DNA of 64,000 nt from a cyanobacterium endosymbiont of Rhopalodia gibba (GCA_045159875.1 CP067995.1:2688001-2752000); one strand, 5' to 3'. Shown: positions 35,542 through 48,670, numbered from the stretch's first letter. The notes: generated by a model not told the origin, from the letters alone. Translations and numbers: made by a program.

Positions 35542-36739
35542 AAAATTAAAAGGCTAATTTATTGACATAAAGCATAGTTTTATCTATGGAATTTAATCAG
35601 TCGTATCTCTAGACAAGTCAAAATACAATAAGTTATTTTACAGAGTAAAAAAGAGACTAATTAAGTCTAATAATTATAGAAAAACTAAATATAACTACTA
35701 ATTATTATAGATTAATATATAGCTTTCTAATTAACTTATAAAAAAATATATAAAAAAAAGATAAATATTTTAAGAATAGATAAGAAATAAAAAAGAAATA
35801 CAGTGATTATTATTGGCTCATTGGCGATCAATTAGCTTGTATAATTATGCTAATTAACAAAATTTGAGATAATTTAAAAAAAATATATTTTGACTAGCTC
35901 ATAATTCAGTTCTAAATATAATAGAAGGAAAAGATGTTTAAATAAAAAAATAAAAAATATTTAAATATAAATATGATTTAGCCAATAGAATTAAACGATT
36001 TTTTATTTAAAAAGTTACTTTAATTACTTCAATATAAAGATACATGACAATCTATATTTTAATGTTTTTTTAAAGTTTTAAGGTAGTTAAATATAAATAA
36101 GCAACACTATGTTAAAACTTATTAATAAGATAGATAAACCGTAAACTTATCCTGAAATTTTTATAAAATTTCTAGCTTAAAAAGTTCAAATAAAGCTCAA
36201 GAGTAGTAGAGACGTTAATTATCGTAAATTTGACACTTATTTTTAACCTAGTCGAATAAAATCCAAACTTTTCTATTTAGTTTTTCTTGAATTAACTCCC
36301 TTATTTGTTCCATAGATGAATTGTTATGCGAACTGTCTAGAAAACCCATTTTTTTAAACAAATAATTTTCTCCACCTTCCACCCCAGTACTAACAATCTA
36401 AATTATACTAGCCCTATCTTTTATTTTTCGAGGGACTTGTTGAACTTTGTTTAAACCGAATAATGTTCTTTCCTGCTCCGATTTAAGAAATACTCTTAAA
36501 CGAGAAGATGAAATTAGTTTAGCAGAGTTCTTATGGCTAACTCTTTTAACACACTTTGTAGTCTGTTTATGGTAGTTGCTTTTAAAGCTTTAACATATCC
36601 TAATGTAGTGCTGTTTATTTATGTCTAACCACTGACTGTAGTGCATCATGAGAGATATATTTTCAGTTTTAGGAAGCTTTTATCGTTAGAATTGTTAGAT
36701 TATATTGATAATTAATCAGTGGTAGTGTGAGGAAACACC

Positions 36740-38179
36740 ATGAAAAAGACGCTCTTTCTAAGTCCCCCTTCCTTTGATGGTTTTGATGGAGGTGCAGGAG
36801 CAAGATATCAAGCAAAACGTGAAATTACCTCTTTTTGGTATCCGACTTGGTTGGCACAACCAGCAGCATTAGTTCCTGGTAGTAAACTAGTAGATGCTCC
36901 TGCTCATTATCAAACGATAGAGGATGTTCTTAAAATTGCTAAAGACTATGAACTGGTTATTATGTATACCAGTACCCCCACCCTTCTTAATGATGTAAAA
37001 TGCGCTCAGGCCATTAAAGACCAAAATCCTGACACTCAAATTGGTTTATTAGGGGCACACGTGGCGGTTTTACCGACCAAAACTCTCGAAGAAAATCCAA
37101 TTCTTGATTTTGTTTGTCGCAATGAATTTGATTACACTTGTCAGGAATTAGCTGAAGGAAAGCCCTACGACCAGATTAAGGGACTCAGTTACCGTGATCA
37201 ACAAGGAAATATTAAACATACTGAAGAACGGGAATTAATTCACAATTGGGATTCAATGCCCAGTGTTTTCCCTGTTTATGCAGATAATCTTAATATTCAC
37301 AACTATTTTATTGGTTATCTACTTAATCCCTACATTTCTTTGTACACAGGTCGCGGTTGTCCCGCAAAATGTACGTTTTGTCTGTGGCCACAAACTATCG
37401 GAGGACATCAATATCGTGCCAAAAGTCCTGAAGTGGTAGAAAAGGAAATGACGTTAGCCAAATCTCTTTGGGGAAATTCTATTCGGGAATATTTCTTTGA
37501 TGATGATACTTTTACTATTGATAAAAACCGGGTTATTGCTATTAGTGAATATCTCAAAAAACTAAAATTAACTTGGAGTTGTAATGCTCGTGCAAACTTA
37601 GATTACAATACTTTAAAAACTCTGCGAAACAATGGATTAAGATTACTTTTAGTTGGCTTTGAATCAGGAAATCAAAAAGTACTTGATGGAGTAAAAAAAG
37701 GGATTAAACTTGAAGTTGCCCGTAAGTTTATGGCTAACTGTAATAAACTTGGAATCAAAGTTCACGGGGCGTTTATTATCGGTTTACCCAATGAAAGTAG
37801 GGAAACCATTGAAGAGACTATCCGCTTTGCTTGTGAGGTGAGTCCCCACACCATTCAAGTGTCTATTGCTTCGCCCTATCCCGGGACAGAACTATATCAA
37901 CAAGCGTTAGATAATGGTTGGTTTACCAATGGAAATTTAGTAGCAACTTCTGGCATTCAAATGTCCACGTTGCAATATCCTAATCTATCGGCAGCAGAAA
38001 TTGAAGATGCAGTTGAACAGATGTATCGTCGCTTTTATTTCCGTCCTGGGGCAATTATTCCTATCGTTAAAGAAATGTTAGTTGATCCCCAGATGTTAGT
38101 GCGTCGTTTACGAGAAGGACGGGAATTTATGGCTTATTTAAATGAACGTCATAACCGAACTTTAGTTAACGCTTCTTAA
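36740..38179 (+). CDS. hpnJ: Hopanoid biosynthesis-associated radical SAM protein HpnJ
   Basis: PPSFDGFDGGAGARYQAKREITSFWYPTWLAQPAA N-terminus; CxxxCxxC (GCPAKCTFC). Confidence 0.93.
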   Translation: MKKTLFLSPPSFDGFDGGAGARYQAKREITSFWYPTWLAQPAALVPGSKLVDAPAHYQTIEDVLKIAKDYELVIMYTSTPTLLNDVKCAQAIKDQNPDTQIGLLGAHVAVLPTKTLEENPILDFVCRNEFDYTCQELAEGKPYDQIKGLSYRDQQGNIKHTEERELIHNWDSMPSVFPVYADNLNIHNYFIGYLLNPYISLYTGRGCPAKCTFCLWPQTIGGHQYRAKSPEVVEKEMTLAKSLWGNSIREYFFDDDTFTIDKNRVIAISEYLKKLKLTWSCNARANLDYNTLKTLRNNGLRLLLVGFESGNQKVLDGVKKGIKLEVARKFMANCNKLGIKVHGAFIIGLPNESRETIEETIRFACEVSPHTIQVSIASPYPGTELYQQALDNGWFTNGNLVATSGIQMSTLQYPNLSAAEIEDAVEQMYRRFYFRPGAIIPIVKEMLVDPQMLVRRLREGREFMAYLNERHNRTLVNAS

Positions 38180-38196
38180 TTAAACTTAGGGCTTTT

Positions 38197-38238
38197 AATC
38201 AAAAGTAATGTGCGATTAATCGCACATTACTTTTGATT
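38197..38238. repeat. Perfect 42-bp loopless palindrome just downstream of hpnJ
   Basis: AATCAAAAGTAATGTGCGATT|AATCGCACATTACTTTTGATT. Confidence 0.95.
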
Positions 38239-38311
38239 CTACAAAACTTGTTATCCTAGGGAATAAAAAAAATTCATGAAAAATGAATAATAAGTTTATA
38301 CTTTATCCAAA

Positions 38312-38830
38312 TTAACTCAAGGCTTCTTCAATGAGACAATTCATCTGTTTATTGTCGATATCAGATAATAAAAGATTAGGATAAATTGCTGTTTTTTTGA
38401 GTGGATGATTTAAAGATTGACAACCATTGTTAGTATCATTAACCATAAAATATAGCAATTCCTGAACAACACAGACAACATTAAAAGTAATTTTACCTGA
38501 TGCAGAGTTAATCGGCTTTCCCTCTTGAGGATCGATAACTTCAATTAAACATTTTTTCCTTTAATCAACTGATCGAATATTCTCTCCTAATTTCAAAAAA
38601 ATTTTAAAAAATCGCTATTTTTCTTTCCTAAACTTGTTAATTAGGTTTTCTTAGAGACATTTAAGCTTCTAATAAAATAATGACTATTGTTTGAGGATAA
38701 AATCTGTACTCTGGGAACAATCTCGAGTAGCTTTCAATAAGAAACCTGGTTGGCGGTTGAATATAAATCTCGATGAAAAGTTGAGTTGCTTGTTGATAAC
38801 TAATAATAGGTTGATTGGGTAACATTAAAT
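38312..38830 (-). pseudogene. MMADHC-like (cblD-type) cyanobacterial protein pseudogene
   Basis: IEIYIQPPTRF...LFPE...IEVIDPQEGKPINSASG...CQSLNHPLKKTAIYPNLLLS, with internal stops. Confidence 0.6.
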
Positions 38831-39445
38831 CTAACTACCAAAAATAGCTATCTCCAAGAGTTGCAAATACACAGCAACTATTTTAAAATTGTCTAGGTTG
38901 ACCATGGTTAAGTGATTGCCCAATTTTGCCAGATAATCTTATCTCAAATAACCTTATATTATTTTTTTCCCTAAAAAGAAAGCTTAATATAAGATAAATA
39001 TTATTGCCACTTTATACTTATGCGAGTATCCCTTTGGAAGAGAAATTAGTCAGCTATCTAAAGGCTAGTAGTAACGTTGCTCTTGTCTTTAAAGGGATTG
39101 ATAGACTATAACCCTTAATTTCCAGGTACTTTCTACGTATTAGGTCTAATCTTTTGTTCTGCTGCTATTAGCTACTAATTGAGCACTAATTATCATTTTT
39201 TATATCAGCTGACAAAAGACCTGTAAGTTCATGCCTAGTAGGTTAATAATTGCTTTGGATGTTATTGTTTTGCTGTTACTCTTAAATTGTTAAAGTAATG
39301 GCACTAAAAATAGATATAAAAGTTGTAATTGAAGGCGATGATATAGTCAAACAACGGTAACATAAAAAAACATCAGATCGAATTCCATCACTCACACTAT
39401 GGCGTAAAATTGAATCTATACGCAACTTTTTCTTAGATTTTGTTT

Positions 39446-39670
39446 ATGTCAATTCCTCCTGCAACCGATATTTGGAAATATAAACCTTGGTGGTGTCAAC
39501 CCTGGACAGTTCTTTTGACAGGAACAGGGGTAATTCTTGGAAGTTGGTTACTATTTCATATAATTTGGCTGACGACTATGACCTCGCTTTCCATTTTGGT
39601 ATGGTGGTTCTATTTCCTGATTTTTATTCCTCATTTATTTAAACAGCAAAGTCTCAATCGAAAACAATAA
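39446..39670 (+). CDS. Small membrane protein (DUF6737-like)
   Basis: WKYKPWWCQPWTVLLTG motif. Confidence 0.85.
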   Translation: MSIPPATDIWKYKPWWCQPWTVLLTGTGVILGSWLLFHIIWLTTMTSLSILVWWFYFLIFIPHLFKQQSLNRKQ

Positions 39671-41456
39671 TTTTTTATTATTGCTTAATCTTAACGACAG
39701 AATAAGATAAATAATATTTACTCTAACCTTAGAATTATCGAAAATGATTATATCTTTTTTGGATTATTATGAATCTTCTAAAAACAAGATTTTTATATTG
39801 TAAAAGTCACTAAGTCTTCTTTTATCAAGGCTATAAGTTTATCTCCCTGAAAAGAAACTATTATATTTCTTTTAAATGAGAAATAGACTTCTGATTCATC
39901 TTAAGTACAAGGAAATCCTGGCACTTATTTTATCTACATTTGTCTGCTAAAGATTTCTAACTCTTAAAGGCGTTCTTGACTATATGTACATTTAATTTTT
40001 ATTATTTTAGAGTTAACTTGTCGTCCAATCTAGAGTAATTTATAACGTACAAATAGACCTAACTAAATCATCTGTAATTTTTTATTAAGTAAGAAAGTTT
40101 CTAGTCTAGAGTCAGTTCCGACTGGAGTTAGTATTATATGACTAATAAGTTCTCTGTTGTTATGAGACCTTTATCATTGGCAATATTGTAAGTATTTTAG
40201 AAGTATCTTAAATGTAAGTGTAAAATAAAAAAAATTAATCCTATCTGGAGGAAAAATTAGGATATCCTAATTTTCATAATTTGCTATCAGTGCCAATTAA
40301 CTGCGTTTAATTTATCAATCTTTCAGATTTTATCGTTACTGTTAACTCATTAAAAATTTCTAATGAATAAGGTAGAATAACTAAAGAGTTTGCATTTTAT
40401 TCTTGTCAATCCTAGAAAAAACTAGAAAATACTTGCGTGAGATTTGACAAAAATTTTATTCTATTGACTGATGGAGTTGAATTTTCTTGTTTATTAAGAA
40501 TTTCTTTGATCTAATACTTTTAGACCTCATTTTGATCATCAAAGATTCTATGCCATCAGAAGAGCTTTTACCTTAACAACTATTGATCGATAACAAGATA
40601 GATAGCAAACAATTAATATATATGCAATTTTTTTACTAATGTAATTTTTATATTTACTAGGATAAAAGCTAATTTTAAGAGCAATTTCTATAAATAAACT
40701 TACCTTATCCTTCAATCATTAATAGTCAAGTTTTATACAGTGGTTACACATAATTTACTTTCACAAGTTAAACTGAATTACGAAGTTTTTAACTATACTA
40801 AGAACCAAAAAATAATAATTTTTTTCAAAAAAAATAAATGTACTAGTTTTTAGATACATTGATATTTTTAAATTAAAAATTTATGAAAAAATTTACTTTG
40901 TATCAAAAAGAATATATGTTTGTAATGGACCTAACTCTATGTTTAAACCCAAGTCTTATATTTCTCCTGTAGAAAGAGGCGGAATGTCAAATGGTATCTA
41001 TTTCAACAATAGAAAAGTTATTTATAAAAATTGATGAATTTAAACTTGCGGACTTGCATATTAGATATTTTTATGGAAAAAGTTATCAGAATTGAAGTCT
41101 AAAAATTATGCCAGCACTAATATTGTTACTCATGGTGATAAACCATGACCTTTATATGAAATTGGTTTACCTTATAAAATAAATCACTCAAGATTTAGAC
41201 ATTAGACACTTTAGGGAAATGGGACTTTAAAAGGACAAACAAGCAAGTCAATGACAGACCATCCCAAATCAGATAATGCTACGGGATAATTGCATTTTCA
41301 TCATTATTCTTTCTTTAATATTTTTTATTTACATCATTATGTTGCTAATGCTTAAAGAAAAACTATTCTCGAATCTTCCATTGAAATTTCTAAACCTAAG
41401 ATGTTTCACAATATGGCAATAACTAAAAATCATACTGTGACTTAAGATAGTTCAAG

Positions 41457-41528
41457 AGCCTTTGACGAGGATTGAACTCGTGACCTCACCCTTACCAAGG
41501 GTGTGCTCTACCACTGAGCTACAAAGGC
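41457..41528 (-). tRNA. tRNA-Thr(GGT)
   Basis: GCCTTTGTAGCTCAGTGGTAGAGCACACCCTT-GGT-AAGGGTGAGGTCACGAGTTCAATCCTCGTCAAAGGCT cloverleaf. Confidence 0.97.
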
Positions 41529-41612
41529 AACATCTAGATTCCTCAAAAACTCCCACTTCTTCCCCTACATAGGATAGGATTTGTGGAGAATAGAGAACCT
41601 TAAAAAGTATCG

Positions 41613-41697
41613 TGGTGGGCCGAGCTGGATTTGAACCAGCGTAGGCATAGCCAGCGGATTTACAGTCCGCCCCCATTAACCACTCGGGCATCGACCC
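41613..41697 (-). tRNA. tRNA-Tyr(GTA), CCA encoded
   Basis: GGGTCGATGCCCGAGTGGTTAATGGGGGCGGACT-GTA-AATCCGC...GGTTCAAATCCAGCTCGGCCCACCA. Confidence 0.97.
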
Positions 41698-41765
41698 ACT
41701 TGCACCACGGACAACTATCTTAGCACAGCTATTTTCAACATGCAATGTTTTTTCAGAAAGTTTAT

Positions 41766-42920
<1,155 letters not shown>

Positions 42921-43011
42921 TCAGAAATAGTATATATGTTTTAAATACCTTAAGAGTCGTTTAGACCAATTGAAAAAATGATGGATAATCCAATCATTAA
43001 TTTAGGTTAAT

Positions 43012-43149
43012 TTAAGCAATATAGGCGACTTTGAAGGCCCACAAAATTAATCCTATAATTGCTCCAAGAACTAAGAAGCTAGAAATAGCAACGAGAACGG
43101 GCTTATCGGCTCCATTGAACTTCATAATGCCGCGATTAAGGTCTGACAT
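43012..43149 (-). CDS. ndhQ: NDH-1L small subunit NdhQ (45 aa, absent from the ORF track)
   Basis: MSDLNRGIMKFNGADKPVLVAISSFLVLGAIIGLILWAFKVAYIA*; NRGIMKFxGAD signature, one TM helix, AGGAG RBS. Confidence 0.85.
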   Translation of the reverse strand: MSDLNRGIMKFNGADKPVLVAISSFLVLGAIIGLILWAFKVAYIA

Positions 43150-43312
43150 TGAGCTTGGCTCCTGGCTTAAAATTGAACAGGTTAGAAAAGTAACTCTACC
43201 CCTAATAGATTAGCGAAGATTTGACTAGAGTGGGCTAAAAAATTATGACAAAGATCTTTTCGAAACGGTTAGGCAACAGGATATATTAATTAAACAAAAC
43301 TCCGAGGGATTT

Positions 43313-43729
43313 ATGAATTGGTCAGTTAGTGCCATTGTTCTCTATTCGATTTTTGTCGCGTCAATCTTGATTTATGTTCCCTTTTTGGCGCTAGGATATG
43401 CCCGCTTCCAAATTGGATATAATCGCTTTACTCCTCGTGCTATGTTCAAAGAATTACCTCCTTATGGTCAACGAGCTACCTGGGCTCATCAGAATGCTTT
43501 CGAAACTTTTATGATTTATGCTAGTGCAGCATCAATGGCTTATGTAACGGGAGTAGATTCAGCTTTAGCTAGTTATGCGGCCATTACGTTTGGGGTAGCA
43601 CGTTTATTGTATTCTTTTTTTTACATTGTCAATTTGCCTTTGGGGAGATCACTGATGTTTGCTACAGGCCAACTGTGCACTTATTGTTTATTTGTCTTGA
43701 GTTTTCTTAAAATTCAATCGATAGTTTAA
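43313..43729 (+). CDS. MAPEG family membrane protein
   Basis: PRAMF, RATWAHQNAFE motif, four TM segments. Confidence 0.9.
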   Translation: MNWSVSAIVLYSIFVASILIYVPFLALGYARFQIGYNRFTPRAMFKELPPYGQRATWAHQNAFETFMIYASAASMAYVTGVDSALASYAAITFGVARLLYSFFYIVNLPLGRSLMFATGQLCTYCLFVLSFLKIQSIV

Positions 43730-43831
43730 TAACTGTATTTTTTATGGGATACTATCACGTAAAGTTATTAGCCAAGAGACTAATGTAGGAGTTAACAGTT
43801 GTTGACCCCTACTGAGTGACTTAATGCTCAT

Positions 43832-44914
43832 TTAAGAAATACTAATTCCTAAATGATTTAACTCTTGGTATATTTGGTCAGATTGTTGCCACACTTGACC
43901 ATCAAGGGCGATCTGTTCAATTAGACTTGCTAGGCGTAAAGCCTTGAGAGCTTGTTCTCCCCCCACAGAAGGTTGATCACCGCCTCTTACACAGTGAACA
44001 AAGTGCTCTAGCTCGGCATGGAGAGGTTCAATATTGCTGGTGTAGACCTTTTCGATGAGTCCATCTTGACGATAGAGAACCTGGCCATAATCACTAGTGT
44101 AATTGGCGGTGGTTTGACGATGGATTAGAATTTCATTGTTCAGAAAATCCGCTTCTGTTAGGCTATTTTCACAATGTGCTGCTAGACGGCGAATTTTGCG
44201 GTGGGTCACTTTGCTAGCAGTCAAGGTAGCAACAATGCCATTAGCAAATCCTAAGGTAGCGGTAACATAATCGAGATATCCTGAATCTGCGGCACGGCTA
44301 CCACTAGCGGTCAGTTTGACCACGCGATCACCCACGAGCTCAAGTAATAAGTCAATGTCGTGGATCATCAGATCCAAAACTACAGAAACATCGTTTGCCC
44401 GTTGAGAATAGGGACTCATGCGATGGGCTTCCAAGGCTAGTAACTCCTCAGTTTTAAGAACTTTACTTAATTCTTGGAAGGCGGGGTTAAATCGTTCTAT
44501 ATGTCCCACTTGCAGAATCCCATTAGATTCAGCTGCCGCATTGACTAACGATTCAGCTTCAGCAATATTTGCTGCAATGGGTTTTTCAATAAGGGTATGA
44601 ACTCCAGCTTTGAGACAGTCCATTCCTACTGAGCGATGCAACCGTGTCGGCACGGCAATACAGACAGCATCAACATGGGGCAGCAAGTCATGATAATTTT
44701 CAAAAAACCGAACTCGATACTTACTAGCAATATCTAAACCTCGTTCAACGTTGACATCGGAAACACCAACAAATTCTACATCTTTGAGCAAGCTAAAAAT
44801 ACGAGTATGGTGTTGACCCATGTTGCCTACCCCAATTACACCGATGCGAATGGGATCAAGGGGATTTTGTGGTCTTTTTCGGGTCAATTGTGCGTCTGAC
44901 ATTCTCCTGGACAC
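43832..44914 (-). CDS. Gfo/Idh/MocA family oxidoreductase
   Basis: GVIGVGNMG, EKP, GHIERFNP and DLMIHDID motifs. Confidence 0.93.
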   Translation of the reverse strand: MSRRMSDAQLTRKRPQNPLDPIRIGVIGVGNMGQHHTRIFSLLKDVEFVGVSDVNVERGLDIASKYRVRFFENYHDLLPHVDAVCIAVPTRLHRSVGMDCLKAGVHTLIEKPIAANIAEAESLVNAAAESNGILQVGHIERFNPAFQELSKVLKTEELLALEAHRMSPYSQRANDVSVVLDLMIHDIDLLLELVGDRVVKLTASGSRAADSGYLDYVTATLGFANGIVATLTASKVTHRKIRRLAAHCENSLTEADFLNNEILIHRQTTANYTSDYGQVLYRQDGLIEKVYTSNIEPLHAELEHFVHCVRGGDQPSVGGEQALKALRLASLIEQIALDGQVWQQSDQIYQELNHLGISIS

Positions 44915-45067
44915 TCCTACACCAAGTCTTGACTTAAAATAGATTTCAGAACGAAAAATTTTAATTCTTCAGTCGATCACCAAAGATACTAGCACAGTTT
45001 GTTAAAATGTAAAGAATTCCAACAGTGATAGATAAGTTTGGCGATCCTTACTGACTTTCGACTCTTC

Positions 45068-46036
45068 TTAAGCCTCTTCTTCGTAGTATTTATGTTGTTT
45101 CTGCTTTTGAGGAATGTTGACGCGAGGAGGGTTATAAGGTTCGAGTTCAACATCATCGTCCCAAACATCCCTCCGAACTTCATCGTATTCATGCTCTCTT
45201 TCTTGCCGAGGTGGTTCGTAACTAGCAGTCCGTTCAGCCCTGACTTCTCCCCAGTTATCCTCTTCTAATTCTTCGTAGTAGATAGATTCACTTTGTCTTT
45301 GTGGGGCAGAAGTAGGAGAAGTAGCGATGGGCTGCTCCCAAGTATCCTCATCCCATCGTTCTCCCGTTACTGACTGTCGTTCTTGGAAAGGAGTATGAGT
45401 CCGCACGGGAATTCCGGTTCCAAGTTGGTTTTCAGGTCGAGTGGTGGGAGGATAGTAAATATCTTCTTCTTCTTTTTCCCAAGGAGGACGGCCAATCCCT
45501 AACCGTTCTAAGACTCCTACTGTGACTTGAACTAATTGCTCTTCTGCCCCTTCAAAAACAATTAGACGATTAGGACCACTACTGATTAGTTGTTCAATAG
45601 AGAGTTCGTAGGTACTGATCAACCGGTCAGGAATTTGTGGCAGTCCCAGAGAAGCAATAATGATAGAGGACACTTTCCCGGTTTCAAGATTAAACTCGAA
45701 GTCCCGAACTCGCCCTAACGGTTCTCCTGTTTCGGTGATTACTTCGCAATTAACAACACGAGAATGAGCATCAATATCGACAGTTTTAATCACGTCTTCA
45801 TCTTCGACCAGGACGACATCCCCGATCTGATGACTACTAGAAAGATACATGTATCGGGGCATTCCCGACAATGAAAGCACATTGTCTCGTAATCCTAGGG
45901 CAACTACTTCTCGTTGGTCTATATCCACTAAGACTTCCTTGACAACACCTAACTTTTTGCCTGTATTGCGAGTGATGACCTGTGTATTAATAAACTCGTT
46001 ACGTAATCGGATTTTATCGCTAGTCATTGTGTCCAT
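45068..46036 (-). CDS. PRC-barrel domain protein
   Basis: Tandem PRC-barrel repeats (VITRNTGKKLGVV; VITETGEPLGRV) and an acidic tail. Confidence 0.9.
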   Translation of the reverse strand: MDTMTSDKIRLRNEFINTQVITRNTGKKLGVVKEVLVDIDQREVVALGLRDNVLSLSGMPRYMYLSSSHQIGDVVLVEDEDVIKTVDIDAHSRVVNCEVITETGEPLGRVRDFEFNLETGKVSSIIIASLGLPQIPDRLISTYELSIEQLISSGPNRLIVFEGAEEQLVQVTVGVLERLGIGRPPWEKEEEDIYYPPTTRPENQLGTGIPVRTHTPFQERQSVTGERWDEDTWEQPIATSPTSAPQRQSESIYYEELEEDNWGEVRAERTASYEPPRQEREHEYDEVRRDVWDDDVELEPYNPPRVNIPQKQKQHKYYEEEA

Positions 46037-46834
46037 AAGTTGGAATTTTGGCTTCCGGGGGATAGCCAGGATACAATAAAGTTTTCTTTGGTTTGACGGT
46101 TAACCCTCAATTCATAGATAATAGCTCATGGTCTAACATTTATGGTGTAACATTGAGGTAAAAGTATTAGCTCTAGTCTAATTTTATATCAAAAGTATTT
46201 ACCGTAATTATGAACTTATTTAGAGTCGGAACTTGTTTAGAAGAATTAATCATAAAGATATTGATTGTGACTAAAATATCCTCCTTATTATTTTAAATAA
46301 CTTTTTAGCAAATAAAATGTAGGAGAAAAATTTTTAATTAAAATTCAAAAGAAACTTTCTATTTCTTGCTTTTAGTACTATGAATATTCATGGTCTGTTA
46401 TAAGCACTTAATAGTCCATATATATTAAATATAAAAAATAAGTCTCGGATTAACTTAAAAATTGTCAAGGTAAATAATTTTATCTTTCTTTGTCTTTTAA
46501 TCTTCAAAAAAAATCTGCTCCTCTTGTAAAATAAGAGCTTTTCTTCTCTATAAGAGAAGATTAAATAGGACCACTTTTTTATTGTTATCTATATTGATTT
46601 TTTTATAAAGTCTAATTCAAGATAATATCTTGACTGGTAAACTAAAAATCTTAAGTAATTACTGTGTAACTTTAGTAATTAAGTCTTCTAAAAAAGATTA
46701 AATTTTCCTTTGTTTTGATAATCATGTTTTTTTGAAGTTATTATTTTAAATAATACAAGGATAAATTGTTCCCTAACAGTGTGTATAAAAAACTTTGCCT
46801 ATCAATGAGAATTGATATAATCAAAAATATAGGT

Positions 46835-46879
46835 AATTAACAAGCATATAGTAGTAATCATACTATATGCTTGTTAATT
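46835..46879. repeat. Perfect inverted repeat, 19-bp arms, 7-nt loop
   Basis: AATTAACAAGCATATAGTA-GTAATCA-TACTATATGCTTGTTAATT. Confidence 0.9.
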
Positions 46880-48299
46880 TGTAGGGGGTTTTAAAAAAGT
46901 TAAATGAAGATTATTCGGATTTCTTACGACAGACAGAGTACTCATCTAATATTTAATTAGATTTTTAATTATTCAAAAAAATGATTATTCATTATGAAGA
47001 GATATTTTTTTTTCTACATAAATAATCTATCGCTTATTCTTCTTTTTTTATGGAAGCATCGGCTGAATCTTTTTTATTTAAGAAAAATTAAAAATCAATA
47101 ATGTAAACATCAAGATAATATTTGCCTTAATTATTAAGGTTATTATTTCGATATTTTAGTTTGTTTTATTTAATTAAATTGATATATAAACTATAAGAAT
47201 AGTTTAATATTGGTTATTATTTATCTTATTTATTAGATATTTCTATGTTATATTTTAGCAGTTTAAACCTTTTATAGAAGAAAAAATTAAAGAGTAATAT
47301 TTAATATTTTTGTTTATAAAATCAAAAAAAACCTATATACTATATAGCTACTCTCAAAAGTTCTCTCAAAGCATAAAGAATGTAATAATATATTATTTTT
47401 ATCACATAAAAAAGATTAAAATTTATTTACATGGCAATAATTGTTGTGCTCAATATCATAATTGAGCTTATAAAATTAAAACTTTTTATTTATAAACCAA
47501 TTCAGGTGAGACAATGTACTTTACAGCAGAAACAGCTAGGTTAAATAGCGATAGAGTTTTTATTTAAAAATATATGAAGCTCTCCGTAATTTACATTCAC
47601 TTGATTTTAGTTTTGTGTAACTATAACCTTTTTTAGGAATTGGCTCACAATTTCTTTTATTAAAATTAGTTAAACTATCATTATCCTGATAATTTTAAGA
47701 AAATTTCTTTATTAATAATCTGATTGACAGTATTGCTCTACTCATGTTGTAGATTGAGATAGTTTTAGCCTTATTGAAGAAGAACTTTTGATCTTTATCG
47801 ATAATTTTTATTGAGTAATAAAAACTTACAGTTGATTCTTCCAATATCCATTATTATTGTTATTTACTAAATTGAGTAGATAACAATAATTATAATCGGG
47901 TTATAGAAGTTTTTTGTGTTTAGAAATTTATACACTTTTTGGTTTTCAAGCTTCTGACTATATTTTAATTGTCTCTTTTCTACCAGGAATAACTTAAAAG
48001 TGAGTTTTTTTATGAGTACAAGGCACTATAAATCACTTAGAAAACTTGGAAATTATTAATAAGCATTACTGATATTTAGATAACCCTTGGATGGTTATAC
48101 TTTATAGATTGACTGATTCCATTTCTCTCTTAACTCTTTCAAGAGATTGAGTCATGTCAAGTTATTTTTCTAGATAAAAGAGTACATTATCTCTGTTTTT
48201 ATTGAAAATTGTCGGTGTTTTTACTAGTGGAGAATGCTGCCAACGTTTATGAAGACCTCCACCTCATTTTTGTAAATAAATTAATTTTTTATGAGTAAT

Positions 48300-48388
48300 C
48301 TTAGTCTGTACTACTCGATTTGTTTAGGCATAGACTATTGTTAATATTCTATTATTTTTTCTTATAAAATCGAGTAGTACAGACTAAG
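48300..48388. repeat. Perfect inverted repeat, 22-bp arms, 45-nt spacer
   Basis: CTTAGTCTGTACTACTCGATTT-N45-AAATCGAGTAGTACAGACTAAG. Confidence 0.9.
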
Positions 48389-48670
48389 GATGTTAATTGT
48401 TTCTCTTACTTTTTAAGATTTTTATATATCACTCACCATAAAAATAGCAAGTATTAAAACAATAGGACTCTACCAAACTTAGGACAGTAAAAAAATGCTA
48501 AACCCCAAGATAGCCTGAGTTGCCGATAATGTTAATAACTAGCAAATTATTAGGAATTTAAATATTTTTTAAATCAAGCTTTGAGTCCGTTAATATTAAT
48601 AATTTTACATGACAAGTCCGTCAATATTAATACTAGTTTGTTTGACTACGTTTTGTCATTAAATTAAATT

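Noticed and set aside
41452..41745. 97-aa ORF in the track
   Set aside because: It overlaps tRNA-Tyr and tRNA-Thr on the same strand; spurious.
43031..43213. 60-aa plus-strand ORF
   Set aside because: Antisense shadow of ndhQ.
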